Source of the DNA: an uncultured Chthonomonadaceae bacterium
GTDB taxonomy: Bacteria > Armatimonadota > Chthonomonadetes > Chthonomonadales > Chthonomonadaceae
Direction: 5' to 3'
DNA length: 64,000 nucleotides
NCBI GenBank assembly: GCA_963817895.1
Contig: CAWFQB010000014.1
Coordinates: forward strand, 64,001 to 128,000
The position numbers were made by a program, and so were the translations under genes. The notes under the pieces were generated by a model. It was not told the DNA's origin and ran no database searches. It saw only the letters and a program-made list of their open reading frames with translations. Positions 57,293-64,000 of the stretch are shown here, piece by piece (the first letter of the stretch is position 1; every line of letters begins with the position of its first letter).

Positions 57293-57556
57293 ATGACAAC
57301 AACCAGCGTTGTTGATTTTGACAGTTTCGCGCCCCGTGTTGAGAAAGCCTTGCGTAAACTCGTGGGTAGCAATGCCGCGATAGATTTGAAGCCGGGATTT
57401 GAAGGACGAGTGCGGGTTAAAGTCATTTCACCTCTTTTTAATGGCATGACGGAGGCAGAAAAGGGTGGTACAGTTTGGGATGTGCTGAAGCGGGAGTTGA
57501 AAGAAGAAGAAGAATTCATTTCGTATGTTATTCCGTACAGCACGGACGAGCTTTGA
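57293..57556 (+). CDS. Small acidic BolA-like protein
   Basis: RBS AGGAG. Sequence VRVKVISPLFNGMTE...VWDVL resembles the BolA pattern IVS..F.G......VY..L. Confidence 0.5.
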   Translation: MTTTSVVDFDSFAPRVEKALRKLVGSNAAIDLKPGFEGRVRVKVISPLFNGMTEAEKGGTVWDVLKRELKEEEEFISYVIPYSTDEL

Positions 57557-57587
57557 AACAAACGCAGGCGAAGAGAGTTGATATAGT

Positions 57588-59103
57588 ATGAGCAGGCTAG
57601 TTGGCATTGAAACGGAATATGGGATAGTGGTTGAAGGGCTGGGGGCGAACGACTGGATTGCGGAGAGCATCGCGGTCGTGCGCAGCCATCCGGGCGCGGC
57701 GGTTGGCGGCTGGAACTACCGGGGGGAAGACCCGCGCCGCGATATGCGCGGCTTTACGGTGCAGCATCTGTCCACGAACCCGGATGACGCGCAGTTCGAC
57801 GCGCCCAATGCCCGTCCGATGAGTCGGGAAGAGGAGCGCAGTGACCGCGTACTGGCGAACGGCGCGCGATTTTATAATGATCACGGGCATCCTGAGTATG
57901 CCACGCCCGAGTGTCGCGGTTTGCGAGATCTGGTGGCGCATGATAAAGCGGGGGAGCGTATCGCGTGGGCGGCGGCGCAAAAGCGGGCGTATGAGAGCAA
58001 ACGCGCGGTCACGATTTACAAGAACAACACGGATTTTCATGGCGCGAGTTATGGAACGCACGAGGCGTATCTGATGCGCCGGGACGTGCCGACGGAAACG
58101 CTGATACAATCCCTGTTGCCTTTTTTCGCCACGCGGCAGATTTACGCGGGCGCGGGCAAGTCGGGCGTGGAAAACGACAGCGCGTATGACGGCGAGATTT
58201 TTCAGCTTTCGCAGCGGGCGGATTATTTTTCGGTTGAGGCCAGCGTGGATACGCTGCACAATCGTCCTCTGGTAAATACGCGGGATGAACCCCACGCCAC
58301 GCCGCGATTGTATCGCCGACTGCATGTGATTTGCGGCGACGCGAACATGAGCGAGTACGCCACCGCGCTGAAAGTGGGAACAACAAGTCTTGTGCTGAAG
58401 CTGCTGGAAGAGGGATTAACGGCCCCGGTCAAACTGGTAGACCCCATCAAAGCGGTGAAGCAGATTTCCCGTGACGTAACGCTGAAGCAGACGGTTGAAC
58501 AGGTAGGAGCGCCGCCGCTTACCGCGATAGAAATACAGCGCATTTATTTGCAGGCAGCGCAGCGATTTGCCGGACTGGATGAAGATACGGATTGGACGCT
58601 GGCGGAGTGGGCGGCGATACTGGACGCGCTGGAAACCGATCCGCTAAGTTGCGCCGACCGACTGGATTGGGCGGCGAAATACAAATTGCTGGATGCTTTT
58701 CGGCAGGAGGAGGGGCTTGGCGTGGAACGACCCGTATATCCAGAGCCTCGATCTCGCCTACCATGACGTTGACCCGGAAGCCGGATTGTATTACGGATTG
58801 GAGCAGGCGGGCGAAATGCGGCGACTGGTAACGGATGCGCGGATTGACGCGGCCATGTCCTGTGCGCCGGGGGATACGCGAGCCTTTATTCGCGGTTTGT
58901 TCGCGGAACGGTTCGCGCAGAGTGTGCGCAGCATCGGCTGGAACGGCGTCGCTTTCAAGTATGGGGGCGAGGATATGCTGTTCGATATGAATCCGCTTGT
59001 GGAGGCGAATGTTCAGGCGCTGAATGACGAGTTTGCCAATGCGCAGACGCTGGAGGAGGCGGTTGAAGTGATTCGCCGCAATCCGAAAGCCGAATGGGTG
59101 TAA
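57588..59103 (+). CDS. dop: Dop-like (PafA2) depupylase/deamidase, frameshift near 58715
   Basis: GIETEYGI, Dop-loop-like WNYRGEDPRRDMRGF, NGARFYNDHGHPEY, KNNTD, SYGTHE, SQRADY, NTRDEPHA, RRLHVICGDAN, LDW, DLAYHD. Confidence 0.85.
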
Positions 59104-59126
59104 AAATGCCTGCCCATAGGGACAGG

Positions 59127-59155
59127 TTGACGTAACGAGGAAAACCGACTACACT
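59127..59155 (+). promoter_or_regulatory. Putative sigma-70 promoter for ubact
   Basis: TTGACG, 17-nt spacer, TACACT. Confidence 0.6.
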
Positions 59156-59246
59156 TGTTGAAAGATGTTTGTGCCTTTCTCGCCGCTCTGATCCATTGCA
59201 ATCTTCATATGGACAGATGCCAGTCAACATATAAGGAGCTACGACC

Positions 59247-59435
59247 ATGATATTTACCGGAGAAGAGCGCCGCCAGATGCCGACCGCCCCCGCCAACCCC
59301 CTGCAAAAAGAGGGCGGCGATGGCGGACCGGGCAAACCCGATGTGAAGCGGCCCGACACGAGCGACCTGCTCAAGCGCATGAAGCGCGTGGACCCGGACG
59401 CCGCCCGCCGCTACCGCCAGCGCAGCGGAGAATAA
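59247..59435 (+). CDS. ubact: Ubiquitin-like modifier UBact (Pup analogue)
   Basis: 62-aa disordered protein ending LLKRMKRVDPDAARRYRQRSGE, the UBact-type C-terminus R[ST]G[EQ]. Lies between dop and prcB; RBS TAAGGAG. Confidence 0.9.
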   Translation: MIFTGEERRQMPTAPANPLQKEGGDGGPGKPDVKRPDTSDLLKRMKRVDPDAARRYRQRSGE

Positions 59436-59568
59436 TGCAGGAGAAAGGAGAAAGGAAAAAGGAGAAAGTACCTGTCTGCTTGATTGTGCTTTATGTGTTG
59501 CAGAGGGTGTAAAGTGGTAGGCTTTCTTCTCTTTCCTTTCTCCTTTCTCCTCCCAACGGAGTGAGACA

Positions 59569-60420
59569 ATGCAATTGACAGGAGATTTGTGGCGCGTTCT
59601 TGAGCAGAGCGGCCATCCGATTACGCGCCCGATGCAGGGGCAGGTTCCCGCAGGAACGACCTTTCCGGCGCGGCCTTATGACAGTCCCGCAGGGCAGGGT
59701 ATTGGGCATGGTACGGGCGTTGTGGATACGCACGGCACAACGGTTATTGCCGTGAAGTTCGATAAGGGCGTGATAAACGTGGGCGACCGGCGGGCCACCG
59801 CTAACTTCGCCATCATGTACGATCAGGCCGAAAAAGTGCTGCCGATTGACGATTATACCCTGCTGGCGATTTCGGGTTCGTTCGCGCGGGCAATGGAAGT
59901 CGTGCGGTATCTGCGCACGAGTTTCAAGCTGTTCGAGCGCACGTACTTGCAGCAGATGAGTCTGGACGGCAAACTGGCGGAACTGGCGAAAGTGGTGCGG
60001 GCGGGAATACCGGATGCTTTGCAGGGTATCGGCGGCTTTATCCCGATTTTGACTACGTTCGATCAGGAGAGCAGTCAGGGACGTATTTTCTTCTATGACG
60101 GCATGGGCGCGCGGTTTGAAAGCACGGAGTTCGGCGCGGCGGGCAGCGGTTCCACGCAGATTCGCGGCGTGTTCGACTACATCGTGAAGACGAAAAAGCC
60201 GTTCCATGATATGAACCGCGAGGAAGCCCTGAAAGAGGCTTTGTACCTGCTCGACATTGCCGCCGATCTCGACGCGGCAACGGGTGGTTGGTCGAAAGTG
60301 CTGCCGCTTGCCAAAACCATTACGGCGGATGGCATTGAGGACGTGAGCGAGGCTGAATTGCGGGCTGTCGTTGCCGATATAGATCGCGCGGGCGGCGAAC
60401 GGATTGCGCCAAGACCGTGA
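59569..60420 (+). CDS. prcB: 20S proteasome beta subunit
   Basis: 56-aa propeptide ending HG/TTVIAV (catalytic Thr57), GDRRAT, SGS, GSGS, DAATGG. Confidence 0.92.
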   Translation: MQLTGDLWRVLEQSGHPITRPMQGQVPAGTTFPARPYDSPAGQGIGHGTGVVDTHGTTVIAVKFDKGVINVGDRRATANFAIMYDQAEKVLPIDDYTLLAISGSFARAMEVVRYLRTSFKLFERTYLQQMSLDGKLAELAKVVRAGIPDALQGIGGFIPILTTFDQESSQGRIFFYDGMGARFESTEFGAAGSGSTQIRGVFDYIVKTKKPFHDMNREEALKEALYLLDIAADLDAATGGWSKVLPLAKTITADGIEDVSEAELRAVVADIDRAGGERIAPRP

Positions 60421-60595
60421 GTTTAACCTCACCCCCGGCCCCTCTCCTTGCCGCGCAACGCGCTAGGAGAGGGGAGGCTTAATGATAGAGGCCAGTCAAT
60501 AGCGAAAAATAAAGCAGCATCAGGGTGAACTTTCTTGTTTGCGGGAGTAACTAACAGATAACCAACGCGCTTGTGACGAACACAGGCGGCTACTA

Positions 60596-61544
60596 ACCCA
60601 AGTTGCTACCTAACTTTTTAGCCAGTGATGGCAAAGGCCAGCACGGTGAGGAACACCTTCAACTCAAAGCCGCGTGGTGTCACGGCATGAATGCACTTGG
60701 CAAACCGCAAGTTGATCTGACTAAAGGTGGTTTCCACTCGTTTGCGCGTGTATTGGCTGAGGTACGTGACCCAACCCGGCACTTGACGGGTGCTGTTCTT
60801 TTTGCGCGCCGCAATCAACTCGATCTTGGCGTGTTGGCCTAAGAAGTCCTCGACCGTATAATCGGTGTAAGCGGCATCGGCATGTACTTCGGCATCTGGG
60901 GGCAAGTCCAGCGGCAAGCTCCGAAACGCATTGATGTCGGCGACGCTGCCGGGTTCTATCAGGATTTCGACGGGCTGACCATTGGCCGCAATCAGCAAAT
61001 GCACCTTCACGCCGTAGAAATAGCGCTTTTTGCTGGCGATAACGCCGCGAAACGCCGCGTCCGGGTACAATTTGCACCGCCAGATGCGAATGTTGTCACA
61101 CACCGGTACCGGGCAACTGTCCACGACATACTCGCCCGACGGGTTGGTGTGGATCGCACACAGCGCCAGAACGTGCCAGAGCGCTTGCCAGAGCGTGTCG
61201 GGCAAAGCGTGCAGGCGACGATTGAGCCGGCTTTTGGAGAGCATTGTGGGAATGTAGCCGTGTTCTTTGAGGAAAATGCGGCTTAGTTCCTGATTGCCGA
61301 CGAAGAACGTGGCGGCCACCAGCACGGTGGTCATCACTTCGGCATCGGTCATGCGGGCTTGCGGGTCTTCTTTATGCCCATAAGCTAAAAGAAAGTCGGC
61401 ACAAACACAGTAAATTGTGATAATCTTTTCTTGCATAACGGAACTCCTGTCTAGTGTGGGTTGGCACTTTCACTATACCAGAGACCGTTATGCGCTTCAC
61501 AAAATGCTCGGCTGCTTGCTACACGCTTAGGTAGCAACTTGGGT
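60596..61544 (-). mobile_element. IS982-family insertion sequence (949 bp)
   Basis: Perfect 18-bp terminal inverted repeats ACCCAAGTTGCTACCTAA, with a 5-bp direct repeat TACTA on both flanks. Confidence 0.92.
60618..61436 (-). CDS. IS982-family DDE transposase
   Basis: MTDAEVMT, SRLNRR, VDSCPVPVC, YFYGVKVH, ADAAY, RKRVETTFS. Confidence 0.92.
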   Translation of the reverse strand: MQEKIITIYCVCADFLLAYGHKEDPQARMTDAEVMTTVLVAATFFVGNQELSRIFLKEHGYIPTMLSKSRLNRRLHALPDTLWQALWHVLALCAIHTNPSGEYVVDSCPVPVCDNIRIWRCKLYPDAAFRGVIASKKRYFYGVKVHLLIAANGQPVEILIEPGSVADINAFRSLPLDLPPDAEVHADAAYTDYTVEDFLGQHAKIELIAARKKNSTRQVPGWVTYLSQYTRKRVETTFSQINLRFAKCIHAVTPRGFELKVFLTVLAFAITG

Positions 61545-61583
61545 TACTACTGAAAAGACTTTTCCGCGATCAGGAGAGAACCG

Positions 61584-62279
61584 ATGCAAACAACCATTCC
61601 GCTGCTGCAAAATGTCCGTGTCGCCAGTCCGTGCGAAGCCTCGTGGGAGGGTATGGAGGCCGTTGATGGCGAGCGCGTGAAGTTCTGCCTGCACTGCGCC
61701 AAAAACGTGTACAATCTGTCTGAAATGTCGCAGGGGGAAGCCGAAGGGCTGCTGCGCAAGCACGAGGGCAAATTATGCGCGCGATACTATCAGCGGCGGG
61801 ATGGAACCGTTCTGACGCGAGATTGCCGGATTGGGGCGCAGGTGGTTCGCGTCGCGCTGATACGACGCAGCGCGGTTGCCGCAAGTCTGTTCGCCATGAT
61901 GTTCGGCGCAATGGCAGCTATGGTGTCAAGCGAAGAGACTCATACGACTGGCGATAAGAAATTTGCGTCCACGCCGAAGCCAACGGCAGTAGCGCCCCTA
62001 GTGATGCCGACGGCTGTTGCGGGCGGCATTTCCATTACTCCCATTGCGCCTCCGGTCGCGTCGGAACCGCCAACACAGATGATGGGGGAGGTTGCGCCAA
62101 CGCCGAGAATGGGGAAAATGGCTTTATTGCCCCCGCCGCGCCGCCCGTTCATGGGGCATATGGCAAGACCCGAACAGGACGCAGGGACTGTTTCTTCCAT
62201 ACCAGATAAACCATACGATTACAACTACAAGGCCAATCCAGATAGTACCGATGAGGCTATCCTGAAGCCACACCAATAA
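61584..62279 (+). CDS. Membrane protein with N-terminal Cys-motif domain and Pro-rich tail
   Basis: ASPC...W..M...FC..C.KNVYNLS...LC.R...DC, then a TM helix and a Pro-rich region. Confidence 0.65.
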   Translation: MQTTIPLLQNVRVASPCEASWEGMEAVDGERVKFCLHCAKNVYNLSEMSQGEAEGLLRKHEGKLCARYYQRRDGTVLTRDCRIGAQVVRVALIRRSAVAASLFAMMFGAMAAMVSSEETHTTGDKKFASTPKPTAVAPLVMPTAVAGGISITPIAPPVASEPPTQMMGEVAPTPRMGKMALLPPPRRPFMGHMARPEQDAGTVSSIPDKPYDYNYKANPDSTDEAILKPHQ

Positions 62280-62393
62280 AAATGAGCGTTGAGCGTAAGC
62301 ATTGCGCCTTGTGTCTGAAATCAGGGAGCGTTAAGCGCGAGAATAGTTTCTCATGCTTAACGCTCCACGCTCAACGCTTCTGGAAAGTTATTT

Positions 62394-63191
62394 ATGTATA
62401 CACCTTTTGACATCAATGAGGCCATCGGGCATCGCAAAGATTATGTGGAGGAGCGGCTGCGGGCGGGTAGTCCCATTGTTGGCATGAGGTATGACAATGG
62501 ACTGCTGCTGCTCACCGTGCGGCGAACACAGCGCAAAGTGTTCGAGATTTATGACCGCCAGATGTTTTCTGCCATCGGCAAGCAGTCGGACATCGAGAAT
62601 GTGCGACTGGCTGCCATCCAGAACACGCATCAGGAGGGTTTTGAGCGCAGCCCGGACGATGTTTCCGTACAGCGACTGGTAGGCTTTGCCCTCAGTCCGA
62701 CGCTGAAAAAGGCGTTTGGCGATCCCATGTACGAGCCGGTTGTGATTCGCGCGCTATTTGCGGAGATTGGACGAACGCCGGAAAAGGACACGTTTTTCGC
62801 GCTGAATTATGACGGCGAATTCCAGTCGTATCACGAATCAGCAGTAGTGGCGGGAACGCAAACGGCGGAAGACGCGATGCTGGAACGCCTGGGTGAGGAT
62901 ACAGGCAGTTTGTCGCGTGACGAAGCCCTTTCCCGCGCTTTATCCGCATGGGCAATTGGAGCCAGAGAGAGCCTGCGCCGCCAGATTGGGAGCGGCAAGG
63001 AAGACGAGGAAGACAGTTATAATCCTCTGCGCGAACTGGACGCGGCGGAGGTAGACAGCGTGTTCCTGCGGGATGAACTGAAAAACGGAACCGTCGAGGT
63101 GGGCTTGCTGGAACGGCGGACGAACCGGGAGGGTCGTTTCCGCCTGTTATCGGCGGCAGATATTGAAGCGCTGACGCGGGAGTATAAGTAG
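62394..63191 (+). CDS. prcA: 20S proteasome alpha subunit
   Basis: RKDYV...GSP.VG, RKVFEIYDR, AIGKQSD, S..DV, EVGLLER. Located in the proteasome locus. Confidence 0.88.
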   Translation: MYTPFDINEAIGHRKDYVEERLRAGSPIVGMRYDNGLLLLTVRRTQRKVFEIYDRQMFSAIGKQSDIENVRLAAIQNTHQEGFERSPDDVSVQRLVGFALSPTLKKAFGDPMYEPVVIRALFAEIGRTPEKDTFFALNYDGEFQSYHESAVVAGTQTAEDAMLERLGEDTGSLSRDEALSRALSAWAIGARESLRRQIGSGKEDEEDSYNPLRELDAAEVDSVFLRDELKNGTVEVGLLERRTNREGRFRLLSAADIEALTREYK

Positions 63192-63195
63192 ATTG

Positions 63196-63235
63196 AAGGG
63201 ATAAGAAACTACTCGAATGTAGTTTCTTATCCCTT
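63196..63235. terminator. Hairpin between convergent prcA and PEP-CTERM genes
   Basis: Perfect 17-bp inverted repeat AAGGGATAAGAAACTAC / GTAGTTTCTTATCCCTT. Confidence 0.6.
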
Positions 63236-63247
63236 ATCCTTTACAAC

Positions 63248-64000
63248 TTATTTCTTTCTTTTGCGGCCTGCGACCCATCCGGCTCCTGCGAGCAGGGTAA
63301 GGGCGAAGGTGATGGAACCGGGTTCAGGCACCAGACTGGGGCCGAGCGGCGTGATAACAGGAGAACCAGGGCTTCCGGGTGAGCCACCTGGGGTTCCGGG
63401 CGTTGATCCGACAGGCAACTCAGGTGTTTGCCCCGGCAGCGAACCGACCGGCAGTTCAGGTGTTGAGACAGGCAACGGGGTTTCCGGTAGCACAGGCGAC
63501 TCGCTTGTGGTGCCAGTTGTCGGAATGATTGTAGATACACCCGTAATTGGAACAGCCGGCAACCCTGCGCTGTGACCGGAATGGCCGCCCAATGCAAGAA
63601 GGGGCAGCAACGCCAGAGGACCCGCAAGTCCAACAAGTCCCGGCCCGCCGTTGACCCAGTGATATACGGGTGGCAGGGAGGCAGCCCTCAACTGAGGCGG
63701 CGTCAGGGTGGGCGCGGCAATGGGTAATTCCGCTGGCCCAAGCACGTTTTCCGCCAGGACGACGGGAATAACCGGCAGCATAGTCGTGGGCGGCACAACC
63801 ACGCGGCCCGGAGGCCCTCCCATAGCAACAGAACTGCTTGCCGTTGGAGGAATCAGAGCCTCGCCGGGAGTAAAGTCGGGTACGGGAGTGGCGGTGTACA
63901 GTTCCGGTGACACCCGCGAACGAATCGGGTTTCCACAAACGCGAATCAACAGGGGAGTGCCATCGGGCAGGCAGTAAACCGGCGTTCCCTTTTTCACCCG
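63248..64000 (-). CDS. PEP-CTERM sorting-signal protein (5' part outside the window)
   Basis: C-terminal VPEPGS, TM helix and RKRKK. Pro-rich linker; upstream GTPV...CGNP motif. Confidence 0.85.
   Translation of the reverse strand, partial: RVKKGTPVYCLPDGTPLLIRVCGNPIRSRVSPELYTATPVPDFTPGEALIPPTASSSVAMGGPPGRVVVPPTTMLPVIPVVLAENVLGPAELPIAAPTLTPPQLRAASLPPVYHWVNGGPGLVGLAGPLALLPLLALGGHSGHSAGLPAVPITGVSTIIPTTGTTSESPVLPETPLPVSTPELPVGSLPGQTPELPVGSTPGTPGGSPGSPGSPVITPLGPSLVPEPGSITFALTLLAGAGWVAGRKRKK

Noticed and set aside
59247..59435. Actinobacterial Pup
   Set aside because: The C-terminus is RYRQRSGE, not the Pup-type (F/Y)VQKGG(E/Q), so it matches UBact.

Overview
Bacterial chromosomal window, probably Armatimonadota-like (inferred from UBact-proteasome genes, a PEP-CTERM protein and a FliA/WhiG sigma factor; not proven). 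Many genes, including housekeeping ones such as mnmG and rpoN, are split by single-base frameshifts, which most likely reflects uncorrected long-read indels. Layout: (1) 1-16.9 kb, minus-strand nonulosonic-acid (pseudaminic-acid-like) glycan cluster with PseI, PseG, three SpsF-like cytidylyltransferases, two aminotransferases, two Gfo/Idh/MocA domains, two GNAT domains and an amidotransferase/HisH/HisF trio; (2) rpoN; (3) 19-36 kb, type II secretion/type IV pilus-like cluster interrupted by an HExxH protein plus partner gene; (4) pyrE, then a minus-strand unit of a ~120-nt highly structured candidate ncRNA, a Ro60/TROVE-like vWA protein and an ARPP-2-like HTH protein, which is the best candidate for an undescribed system; (5) GH78 rhamnosidase, EamA-like transporter, SLBB protein, mnmG, pentapeptide protein, sigma-28-like factor, PcfJ-like protein, thioesterase, HEAT protein, GT39-like protein; (6) 54-63 kb, UBact-proteasome locus (ARC ATPase, Dop-like enzyme, UBact, prcB, prcA) with inserted SDR, a HEPN plus BolA-like pair, an IS982 element and a Cys-motif membrane protein. 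More than 20 short palindromic elements built from 6-9-mer tandem units sit at gene junctions, and several lie in frame inside proteins. All family calls come from motif recognition by eye; no database searches were run.
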